Shown here: positions 46,177-54,277 of the stretch, piece by piece
Layout: each line of letters opens with the position of its first letter
Position numbering within the stretch: the first letter of the stretch is position 1
Source: Bacteroidia bacterium
GTDB taxonomy: Bacteria > Bacteroidota > Bacteroidia > SpSt-205
DNA length: 64,000 nucleotides
Assembly (NCBI GenBank): GCA_025057135.1
Contig: JANWXY010000057.1
Coordinates: 15,136-79,135, forward strand
Direction: 5' to 3'
Made by a program: the position numbers and the translations under genes
The notes under the pieces: model-generated
Databases searched by the model: none
Told to the model about the DNA's origin: nothing
Seen by the model: only the letters and a program-made list of their open reading frames with translations

Positions 46177-46926
46177 ATGAAACAGCTATTTTTGCCAGGT
46201 ATGGACCGCAGGAGTTTTCTGATGACCTTTGCAGCTTTGGCTCTGGGTGGTGTTAGTTGGGCTCGTCGCCGCACTAAACCTTATGTATGGATGGAAGCTT
46301 CCCTGACAGGCAGCTACCCTTATACCCTTCCCGACCTACCCTACCCCTACGAAGCCATAGAGCCTGCCATAGATACTCAGACGATGAAGGTTCATCATCA
46401 AGGACACCATGCTACCTATGTGAATAACCTCAATAAAGCCCTCGAAGAGCTCCCCTCCTTTCAAACGCAACCCTTAGAAGACTTGCTCAGTAATTTAGAG
46501 AAGGTACCCATGCCACAGCGTACAGCTATCAGGAATAATGGGGGGGGACACTGGAATCATACATTCTGGTGGAAGCTCCTCGCTCCTAAACCACAAGAAC
46601 CCTCCGTAAGCTTACAGAAACGCATCGCCTTAGAATTTGAGAGCTGGACTTCATTTCGGGCACAGCTATTAGAAGCGGCGGTAAAACACTTCGGTTCTGG
46701 CTGGGCATGGGTCGTACTGACACCAGCAGGCAAACTCCGTATCGTTACCACGCCTAATCAAGACAATCCTCTCATGCCCTACTCAGACGTGCGTGGCAAA
46801 CCAATTTTAGGCATAGATGTCTGGGAGCATGCATACTATCTGAAGTACCAAAACCGCCGTTCAGAGTACCTCGCAAATCTCTGGCAAAGACTAAACTGGG
46901 AATATGTAGAGACGCTGCTGGGATAG
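46177..46926 (+). CDS. sod: Fe/Mn-superoxide dismutase with Tat signal peptide (predicted periplasmic)
   Basis: 249 aa. Tat motif 'MDRRSFLMTFAALALGG'. SOD motifs 'HHQGHHATYVNNLN' and 'DVWEHAYYLKYQNRR'. Confidence 0.85.
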   Translation: MKQLFLPGMDRRSFLMTFAALALGGVSWARRRTKPYVWMEASLTGSYPYTLPDLPYPYEAIEPAIDTQTMKVHHQGHHATYVNNLNKALEELPSFQTQPLEDLLSNLEKVPMPQRTAIRNNGGGHWNHTFWWKLLAPKPQEPSVSLQKRIALEFESWTSFRAQLLEAAVKHFGSGWAWVVLTPAGKLRIVTTPNQDNPLMPYSDVRGKPILGIDVWEHAYYLKYQNRRSEYLANLWQRLNWEYVETLLG

Positions 46927-46932
46927 CCATTT

Positions 46933-48708
46933 ATGCGCCGTCTCTCAATAGGACTATCCCTTCTCCTAATCATCTCTCTGGGGAGCTGGTGGATGTACAA
47001 GCACTTTATGTATGCTCCCAAGCGTCCTTCTCTCTGGCAAAATCTCCCTATGAACTATCTCTTTGTAGCCTACACTCCTTCCTTTAGCCAAATGTGGCGA
47101 AGCCTCAGGCGCAACTCCTTTACAGAAAAGCTCGCTCGTACCCCCCAGTTCAGTGTGCCTTTCGCCATGGCACACCAGTGGGACTCTGTCATTCATACTT
47201 CTGAGGAGATCAAACACTGGCTCACTGGTCATGCCCTGCTTATTGCCATTTATCCAGAAGGCACCCTTTTCCTTATGGATGCCCCTTTTTTGGAAGATAT
47301 TGGCGACTGGCGCGGCACAATGGAAAAAATAGCCACAAAAAATGGATGGAAAGTCGAAATAGTAGAATATAATGGCTACAGCCTCTGGAAGATTGGACGA
47401 GGGTATTTAGCCCCTGCAGGAAAGATTCTAGCGTACTCCGAGGAGCCTAAACTTCTCTCTCGGTTTCTACTCGGGGAGAATATATCTATACTCCCTGAAA
47501 GCTGGGGAAATGCTATTATAGAAGGACAATCCAGCTGGCTAATTCTCACCACTGGACAGGGGCTACATCAACTTTTTCCTCACCCTCTACTAACCCCTCT
47601 CCTTCAAATAGACACTATCCAAGCGGAGGTTCACCTGAGTGAAGAGGCACTCCAGATTAGAGGACGGGGCGTCATCTCATCTGGAACATGGCCTTATCTC
47701 ACTGTGTCTCCCCCTCAGTTAGCCGATTTATGCCCTCCATCAGTTTCTGCTTTTGTAAGCTTTAGAATCAAAGACCCTGTGATGTTCTTCAATAGCCTGA
47801 TTCAGCCTCATTATCAAGCTGAAATTCGCCAGGCAGAAAAGAGCCTCGGCATATCTTTTTCAGAAAGCTTTTTCTCGCAGATTACGGGAGAAGTCGGACT
47901 CATCCAGGAAAAAGAGCCGTATGTGATTTACCACCTACGCCAAAATGCACCATTTACTGTCCTACCCCAAGAAAAGGTTCTATACCATCACGGTTATACG
48001 ATAAAGCAGGTGCGCGCCGAAGGCCTTTTTCGCTGGTTGCATGGAGAGGCTTTCTCTAAATGGACCTCTCCGTATATGGTCCAGGTCGGTGAATGGGTAC
48101 TTTTCGCCCAAAGTCCAGCTCCTTTATACTCTTGGCTTGACGCCCTGGTTAACCGTCAAAGCCTTTATAATCGTTCAGATTTCTCCATAGACGTACCAGC
48201 CAGAGCGATTGTTTATGCCTTTATAGATGCCAAGAAGAGCTCATGGATAGAAACATGGGCACCTCCCAAAGCTGTCGCTCGCTGGCAGAAGGACTTCGAA
48301 CCATTCTCCGCTCTGTATGTGACGATAGAAGAAGAGGATTCCCTTCACATAAAGATAGACCTGCGGGCCACTTGGCGTGGAGAAGAAGAAAATACCATCG
48401 CACAGGACACCTCTTTACCTAAAAAGCTCAACATAACTTTTACACCCAAAAAAGACAGCACCTCAGATGGTCCGCAAGAAGAGTACTACCCAAATGGCGT
48501 AGTCAAACGACGATTTACACTTATTGATGGGCAAATGGAGGGCGAATACACAGAATATCACCCAAATGGCATCGTCAAAGTTCGGGGGTTTTATGAGCAG
48601 GGGCAGAAAGTTGGAAAGTGGATTTACTTCAACTCTAAGGGTGAGAAGCTTCGCGAAGAGACATGGAGTAGTGAAAGCGAACCGCTCAACACCCCAGGCG
48701 TTCCATAA
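46933..48708 (+). CDS. membrane-anchored hypothetical protein with C-terminal MORN-like repeats
   Basis: 591 aa with an N-terminal TM helix 'LSLLLIISLGSWWMY'. C-terminal repeats 'YYPNGVVKRRFTLIDGQMEGEYTEYHPNGIVKVRGFYEQGQKVGKWIYFNSKGEK' are of the MORN/YwqK type. Confidence 0.5.
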   Translation: MRRLSIGLSLLLIISLGSWWMYKHFMYAPKRPSLWQNLPMNYLFVAYTPSFSQMWRSLRRNSFTEKLARTPQFSVPFAMAHQWDSVIHTSEEIKHWLTGHALLIAIYPEGTLFLMDAPFLEDIGDWRGTMEKIATKNGWKVEIVEYNGYSLWKIGRGYLAPAGKILAYSEEPKLLSRFLLGENISILPESWGNAIIEGQSSWLILTTGQGLHQLFPHPLLTPLLQIDTIQAEVHLSEEALQIRGRGVISSGTWPYLTVSPPQLADLCPPSVSAFVSFRIKDPVMFFNSLIQPHYQAEIRQAEKSLGISFSESFFSQITGEVGLIQEKEPYVIYHLRQNAPFTVLPQEKVLYHHGYTIKQVRAEGLFRWLHGEAFSKWTSPYMVQVGEWVLFAQSPAPLYSWLDALVNRQSLYNRSDFSIDVPARAIVYAFIDAKKSSWIETWAPPKAVARWQKDFEPFSALYVTIEEEDSLHIKIDLRATWRGEEENTIAQDTSLPKKLNITFTPKKDSTSDGPQEEYYPNGVVKRRFTLIDGQMEGEYTEYHPNGIVKVRGFYEQGQKVGKWIYFNSKGEKLREETWSSESEPLNTPGVP

Positions 48709-49408
48709 GCTCTCTGAGGAAAACCTGCTCAGCAGGCTTGTAGATAGCCCTGTTAGCGCGTTTCAACCATACACACGCAGAGTCTGTTCTTATACGGGAC
48801 AGAAAAAGGTACGCTACGCCGCAGGTGGAATCCATGCGTATCGCTTCTCGCAGGTAACTTTCTGCTTTTTCCGCTTGATTGGTATGATAAGCCAAGCGCC
48901 CCAGATAAGATAATACCACTGGGTCTGACTTAAGCTGCTGTAAGCGCTGGATATAGACCATCGGCGGAGCAGAGAGGGCATCCGTACCATAAATGAGAAG
49001 AAAAGCCACAGCCAGAGCATACGCTTCTGGAATGGTATCCGGGACCTGTGCAACGAAAGAAGCCGCATTTTTGATCTCCTCGGCGGAGAGAGATTTACCT
49101 GCCTCTAAGCGCCAGAAGGCATCAGCTATCACCTCCTGAGGCGACAGCGTAGAGAGTGCTGAGCGACGCTTCCCCAAGAGTAGGAGCCCCGCGCCAATCA
49201 GCAAGGCTGAGCCAGCCCAAATAATCAAGCGCTGCCTTTCACTCAGACGTATAACGCTCAAGCAGCTCCTTTTTTTGGAAAATAGATTTTTGGAGTTGAG
49301 GAGAGGGCTCAAAGCTTGCCCTAAGTCGGGGGGGTATTGGGACAATCTGCCCACTGTGGATGATGCGCCCTTTGCGCGCTCTTTGGTACTTAAGACCAAA
49401 AGTGCCAA
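48686..49408 (-). CDS. hypothetical membrane-anchored TPR-like protein (start uncertain; ORF-track 5' end overlaps HU gene)
   Basis: TM segment 'LIIWAGSALLIGAGLLLL' followed by a helical repeat region 'AYHTNQAEKAESYLREAIRMD'. The 5' 170 nt overlap the HU gene in another frame, so the real start is probably downstream (non-ATG). Confidence 0.35.
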   Translation of the reverse strand: MALLVLSTKERAKGASSTVGRLSQYPPDLGQALSPLLNSKNLFSKKRSCLSVIRLSERQRLIIWAGSALLIGAGLLLLGKRRSALSTLSPQEVIADAFWRLEAGKSLSAEEIKNAASFVAQVPDTIPEAYALAVAFLLIYGTDALSAPPMVYIQRLQQLKSDPVVLSYLGRLAYHTNQAEKAESYLREAIRMDSTCGVAYLFLSRIRTDSACVWLKRANRAIYKPAEQVFLRELMERLGC

Positions 49409-49547
49409 ACCCCCGAATAGTTACGGCTTCACCTCGGAGGAGACTCTCCTCAATCGTCGCAAATACTACCGATACAGCCGCCTCTGCATCTTTGCGGGAG
49501 AGGCCTGTCTTTTCACTAATAGCTCGGGCGAGGTCTTTCCGTGTCAT
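49239..49547 (-). CDS. hup: HU family DNA-binding protein
   Basis: About 102 aa from 'MTRKDLARAISEKTGLSRKDAEAAVSVVFATIEESLLRGEAVTIRGFGTFGLKYQRARKGR...' with the typical HU/IHF fold. Confidence 0.8.
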   Translation of the reverse strand: MTRKDLARAISEKTGLSRKDAEAAVSVVFATIEESLLRGEAVTIRGFGTFGLKYQRARKGRIIHSGQIVPIPPRLRASFEPSPQLQKSIFQKKELLERYTSE

Positions 49548-50331
49548 TAGCAGCAAACTTACGGTACTTTTCCCATACTTGGCTTAATACTTGCGCAGGT
49601 ATGGCAAAGCAAATGCCTTCATATCCCCCCGATAAAGTAGCAATATCTGAAATCATTCCTATAAGATTTCCCTGACTGTCCACGACAGGACTGCCTGAGC
49701 TCCCAATCTGAGCGGGTATAGAAAGCTGCAGAAGAAGCTGGCGAGGCTGACTTTTTTTCTCATCTAAAATGCGAGGTTCCGAAGCGACAAATCCCTCCTG
49801 AAAAGTACCTAACAGGCCCAGAGGAGCTCCTAAACTAAACACACTCTCCCCCACCTTAGGAAAGCTCTCGTCACGAAGGCTTATCCCTACGGATGCATGC
49901 ATGGTATCCATCACCAGCAGAGCTACATCTGCGATAGAATCTCTCCATACCACCCGAGCTTCATGGCATGTGCCACTTGCGTCCCACACTTCTATATGCA
50001 AGTTTTTGGCTGATGGTATCAGGTGCTTGCACGTCCAGAGGTATTTATCCGCCCAAGCCCATCCTGTTCCCTGATACTTTTCTACACGATAAAGAAGCGG
50101 CACGGAAACTTCTATACGATACACAAGCGGCCTGAGCGAAGAATAAAGCCTATTTCTGAGAATATTTTTCTCCTCTGTGCAACTAAGTTTGACTCCGGTA
50201 TCGGGGATTAGCTGAACTATTGCCTGAGAGCCGCTCTGTTCCGTAGAGGGAGAAAGGCTACTACAGCCTAAGAGCAAAAAGAAACCAGCGGCTCTATAAA
50301 AGAGTCTGGGCAAGCTGTTCCGCAGCTTCAT
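49516..50331 (-). CDS. trypsin-like serine protease lipoprotein (S1 family, no PDZ domain)
   Basis: 271 aa. Lipobox 'LLLGCSS', catalytic His region 'WTCKHL', and catalytic Ser 'GSSGSPVVDSQGNLIGMIS'. Confidence 0.65.
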   Translation of the reverse strand: MKLRNSLPRLFYRAAGFFLLLGCSSLSPSTEQSGSQAIVQLIPDTGVKLSCTEEKNILRNRLYSSLRPLVYRIEVSVPLLYRVEKYQGTGWAWADKYLWTCKHLIPSAKNLHIEVWDASGTCHEARVVWRDSIADVALLVMDTMHASVGISLRDESFPKVGESVFSLGAPLGLLGTFQEGFVASEPRILDEKKSQPRQLLLQLSIPAQIGSSGSPVVDSQGNLIGMISDIATLSGGYEGICFAIPAQVLSQVWEKYRKFAANDTERPRPSY

Positions 50332-51034
50332 AATCTTCCGGCGTGTCTATGCCTATCCCCCGATAGGATGTCTCTCCCAACCATACAGAATACCCATGAT
50401 ATAACCAGCGTAGCTGTTCTAACTGCTCGGCTTCCTCAGGTGGGGCGGTGGATAAACCGCAGATTTCCATTAGGACTGACCGGTAGTAGCCATACAGACC
50501 TATGTGGCGAAAATACCCATGACGAGCAAAGACTTCGGTACTTGTAAGCGGAAGGTCACGCGGATGAGGAATGAGCGAACGGGAAAAATATAAAGCCCTT
50601 CCATCCTTAGCAGTTACCACTTTGACAACCGAAGGGGATAAAAGCTCCTCTAACCGATGTATTCGTGTCATGAGGCTGACGAGATTATATTTCCGGAGAA
50701 GCTCCACAATCAGCCGAATTTGGTCGGGCTCTATGAAGGGTTCATCCGCCTGGATATTTACGTAGGCGTCATATATCAGCTTCTCCGCTACCTCACCGAT
50801 ACGCTCTGTACCTGATGTGTGTGTGGAACGTGTCATTATCGCTCTACCGCCGAAATCCTCGACGACTCGGACGACACGCATGTCATCGGTTGCTACAATA
50901 CATTCATCACCAAAGACTTGACGCGCTCGTTCATAGACATGCTGGATGATAGGTTTATGACGCAGAGGAAGGAGAACCTTCCCCGGCAATCTCTGAGAAT
51001 GATACCGCGCTGGAATGACAGCTAATATCCGCAT
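50294..51034 (-). CDS. kdsB: 3-deoxy-manno-octulosonate cytidylyltransferase (CMP-Kdo synthetase)
   Basis: 246 aa: 'MRILAVIPARYHSQRLPGKVL' and 'IVATDD...NIQADEP'. Confidence 0.85.
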   Translation of the reverse strand: MRILAVIPARYHSQRLPGKVLLPLRHKPIIQHVYERARQVFGDECIVATDDMRVVRVVEDFGGRAIMTRSTHTSGTERIGEVAEKLIYDAYVNIQADEPFIEPDQIRLIVELLRKYNLVSLMTRIHRLEELLSPSVVKVVTAKDGRALYFSRSLIPHPRDLPLTSTEVFARHGYFRHIGLYGYYRSVLMEICGLSTAPPEEAEQLEQLRWLYHGYSVWLGETSYRGIGIDTPEDYEAAEQLAQTLL

Positions 51035-51055
51035 ACTTCTGACCTTGCAAACCTA

Positions 51056-52396
51056 ATGCCGAAGCCTGATACTTTTGTAAGGATGCACTTGGTGTGGAGC
51101 GACGAGCGGGGAGTCATATACGACGCTCCGACTTGGCAGGCTGTCGGACGGAGCGGCTTTTGGAAGTATCCTTGGAGTTCCTACCCGTCATGGATACCCC
51201 TTCCCGAAGGAAGTACATTATTCCATCTCGTGGGAAGGCATCCCATAGGTATATCTCCCAAAGGTGAGCTTCGCGTATATGAAAAAGGTTGGGCAGTAGC
51301 GGCTTTCATCGCTCCAGCTCACACCCAGCTGGCATCAGCCGCCTATGAGAAAGTCAGTAATGCGCCTACTTTGCCTCTGTACGCTTACACCGCTGTGGGT
51401 TGGAAAAATGGACGCTTCTATGTACCAGCTGTGAGGATAGACCCCCAGCCCCGTCAGGACATAAGGCACTTTGACCCTCTGGCCATAAATAGGGGCGCTG
51501 AAAAGCTACGCAAGCGCTTCCCCAGTAATCGTCTCGTAGCCCACCTCTTGGATAACTGCGTAGAACGGTACTGCTGTCCCGCCGCCCGCAATCTTGCGCT
51601 TGGACGGTGGGAATGTCCCTTGCCAACTTCGCCCGCTTGCAATGCCGCCTGCATTGGGTGTATTTCTTTACAAGAGAAGCATGAATCCCCCATCCCCAGC
51701 TCACAAGAGCGGCTGTCATTCATTCCTACCCCCGAAGAAATCGCTGAACTCGCCGTTTATCACCTAAATCATGCACCAGCTCCCATCGTGAGCTTCGGGC
51801 AAGGCTGCGAAGGCGAACCTCTCCTCGTCTGGCGCACCATCGAAGAAGCGGTACGCCTCATCCGCCGTAAGACTCCTCGGGGTATCATCAATCTGAATAC
51901 AAACGGAGCATGGCCTGACATCATTGAGCGCCTCGCTCATGCCGGCATAGACAGCTTCCGAATCAGCATGAATAGTGCCCAGCCAGCGTGGTATGAGCGT
52001 TATTACCGCCCCCGAAACTATAGCTTCGCCATGGTCAAGGAATCTATAAGACGAGCCACCAGTATGGGAAAATGGGTCTCTATCAACTATTTCATCCTGC
52101 CTGGCTTCACAGACCAGCCTACAGAAGTCTCCGCTCTCTATCAACTTATCCAGGAGACAGGCTTGCATATGATTCAGTGGAGAAACTTCAACATAGACCC
52201 CGACTGGTACATAGAAAGAATGCAGCTTTGTATGGGGAACCTCCAGCCGCCTATCGGGATTTATGCGCTTATGCGCCAGCTAAAGCGAGATTTTCCCCGT
52301 TTGAAATTCGGCTACTTCAATCCGACAGAGAAGTTCATACGTCAGCATATTACCCCTCTGCCTGCCTCCCAAGGAAATACAAAATGCACTGTATGA
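51056..52396 (+). CDS. radical SAM domain protein with ~200-aa uncharacterised N-terminal domain
   Basis: 446 aa. CxxxCxxC cluster 'CNAACIGC' at about aa 205, a GGE-like SAM motif 'GQGCEGEPLL' about 50 aa downstream, and 'INLNTNGAW'. No SPASM/twitch Cys cluster is present. Confidence 0.6.
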   Translation: MPKPDTFVRMHLVWSDERGVIYDAPTWQAVGRSGFWKYPWSSYPSWIPLPEGSTLFHLVGRHPIGISPKGELRVYEKGWAVAAFIAPAHTQLASAAYEKVSNAPTLPLYAYTAVGWKNGRFYVPAVRIDPQPRQDIRHFDPLAINRGAEKLRKRFPSNRLVAHLLDNCVERYCCPAARNLALGRWECPLPTSPACNAACIGCISLQEKHESPIPSSQERLSFIPTPEEIAELAVYHLNHAPAPIVSFGQGCEGEPLLVWRTIEEAVRLIRRKTPRGIINLNTNGAWPDIIERLAHAGIDSFRISMNSAQPAWYERYYRPRNYSFAMVKESIRRATSMGKWVSINYFILPGFTDQPTEVSALYQLIQETGLHMIQWRNFNIDPDWYIERMQLCMGNLQPPIGIYALMRQLKRDFPRLKFGYFNPTEKFIRQHITPLPASQGNTKCTV

Positions 52397-52453
52397 GCTG
52401 CTGACCGGAAGATGGGGCCAAGGCATACTCAAAACGCGTAAGCGAAACGCTAT

Positions 52454-53320
52454 ATGGGGGTTATGGCATTTTACCACCTTTGCCTTCATGCCTTGTTATT
52501 CGGGGTCGGAATCTTATCTGCTCAGCACCATACTGATACCTTCCCCTTAGCCGAACCTGTACTACTCTTTCGCACAGGGGTTAGAACCCTACCAAGCGGC
52601 ATAGAACGCCTGAGCAGTATAGAACGCGGCGATACACTTTTCGTTTGGACACGATTTTGGGAGGCTCCCCCCGAAGGTATCCAGTGGAAATGGGGAAGGG
52701 ACACTTTTCGAGGCATCATTCAAGTCCCCCCTCTACCCCCGGATAGTGTCATGCCTCTGGCTGACTTTTCTGTGCCTATCACGCCTTCTGAAAGTACAGG
52801 TGCGGAGGCGTTTCCACTGGGGCTTCTATGGCTTTTGTTGGGCGGAGGGCTGGTTATCCTCGGGGTGTATCCTCTTTTCAGACCCCATTTACTTCGGGGA
52901 GCTAAAAAGCTGTATTTGCATTTGCGCTGGCAAGTTTGGCTCTGGCGCTGGCGTCGCCCTATGCCTCAAAGGTTTCCAGATTTCATTACAGCCGTAAAGA
53001 CTCTCCTGACACCTTACACTGAAAGTAACCCAGGAAGTTGGACACTGGCCGAAGTACGCACCCTTACCCCTCACTCTCCGCTAAGTCAAGTACTACAGGC
53101 TCTGTGGGAAGCCGACTATCAAATGCATTTCATGAATAAGCCATTGAATGATGCAGAAAAAACCACTCTCTGGCGCTCTGCGTGGCAAGCACTTCGCCAG
53201 GTGGGCTCCGAAGCTAAGGTACTCTCTGTGAAACCTCTATTTCCAAGCCATCATATGCCAAGCGCACATGAGAGGGCAGTGTCTTCTCTACTTCCCGATG
53301 TAGGCCCATCAGATGACTAA
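52454..53320 (+). CDS. hypothetical membrane protein
   Basis: 288 aa. N-terminal signal-like segment, a central TM helix 'LGLLWLLLGGGLVILGVYPLF' and an Arg/Trp-rich juxtamembrane stretch. No recognised domain. The 3' end overlaps the convergent MBL gene by 107 nt. Confidence 0.35.
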   Translation: MGVMAFYHLCLHALLFGVGILSAQHHTDTFPLAEPVLLFRTGVRTLPSGIERLSSIERGDTLFVWTRFWEAPPEGIQWKWGRDTFRGIIQVPPLPPDSVMPLADFSVPITPSESTGAEAFPLGLLWLLLGGGLVILGVYPLFRPHLLRGAKKLYLHLRWQVWLWRWRRPMPQRFPDFITAVKTLLTPYTESNPGSWTLAEVRTLTPHSPLSQVLQALWEADYQMHFMNKPLNDAEKTTLWRSAWQALRQVGSEAKVLSVKPLFPSHHMPSAHERAVSSLLPDVGPSDD

Positions 53321-53993
53321 TATGAGTAAAATAGGCCCGCCTTGGACGAACTCTCTCTACGACAGCCAAGGCCGCCTCTAAATGAAAGTGTGAAATGTGA
53401 GGCTCCTTTCTCAGAGCATTCAGAATGAGCACTTCCACATCGTACAGATATTCCCAAGTCTCCTCGGGAATAAAACTGGCATCCGTAATATACACCAACC
53501 CCCCTATACGAAACGCCAATACGGGCAGCTTATAATGCAGAACGGGCAAGGGAAGCACCTCTATCCCATGCAAACTAAATGGAACAAGGGGTTCTATCTC
53601 CCAGGGAGTGAGCTGTGGCACGCCCGGATACGGCGGTCCATCAAATGCATAAGCAAACTCCATTTTGATCTGCTGGATGGTAGCTGCATCTCCATAAATG
53701 GGAATGCGTTTATTCTGGAGGTAGTTGAAAGGACGCACATCGTCAAGGCCCGCCGTATGATCTTTATGAGCATGTGTAAAAAGAACGGCATCCACGGTGG
53801 CCAGGCGCGCATTTAGAACTTGCTGGCGGAAATCCGGACCCGTATCTATGACCCACACCTTTTCTTGCAGGAGAATAGCAATAGAAGTCCTGAGGCGCTT
53901 ATCTCGTGGGTCAAGAGACCGACAAACCGTACAAGAGCACCCGAGAACAGGCACCCCTTGTGAAGTACCTGTTCCCAAAAATCGCACCTTCAA
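53214..53993 (-). CDS. MBL-fold metallo-hydrolase, PhnP-like
   Basis: 259 aa: 'MKVRFLGTGTSQGVPVLGCSCTVCRS' (PhnP-type Cys motif) and 'LFTHAHKDHTAGLDD' (HxHxDH). Confidence 0.75.
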   Translation of the reverse strand: MKVRFLGTGTSQGVPVLGCSCTVCRSLDPRDKRLRTSIAILLQEKVWVIDTGPDFRQQVLNARLATVDAVLFTHAHKDHTAGLDDVRPFNYLQNKRIPIYGDAATIQQIKMEFAYAFDGPPYPGVPQLTPWEIEPLVPFSLHGIEVLPLPVLHYKLPVLAFRIGGLVYITDASFIPEETWEYLYDVEVLILNALRKEPHISHFHLEAALAVVERVRPRRAYFTHISHLMGLHREVEKTLPSHVRLAYDGLEIEVSQRVP

Positions 53994-54277
53994 CCTGCCA
54001 ATCGGTGGATTAGTGCGCGCTCCGCAGGGGTCAAATCTAACTTATCGCCGAGCTGCTCAGCGATGGCAGCGAGTGCTCGCACTCGCCCCGCCGGCGGATA
54101 GACAGCGTTAATGACCACCATTTTGTTCTCGTATAGACGACAAGGGCCTCCGTGAAATGCGCCTTTGAGGTATCTGAGAGTATAGCCGTTGCGACGAAAT
54201 AAGGCTTCCAGCTCCGCAAGGGCTTTGGAACCGACTCGCATACAGCGACTCAAAAATACAGGACTTATGTCAGTCAT
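53990..54277 (-). CDS. small hypothetical protein
   Basis: 95 aa ORF translationally coupled (4-nt overlaps) between aspS and the MBL gene. No recognised motif. Confidence 0.3.
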   Translation of the reverse strand: MTDISPVFLSRCMRVGSKALAELEALFRRNGYTLRYLKGAFHGGPCRLYENKMVVINAVYPPAGRVRALAAIAEQLGDKLDLTPAERALIHRLAG

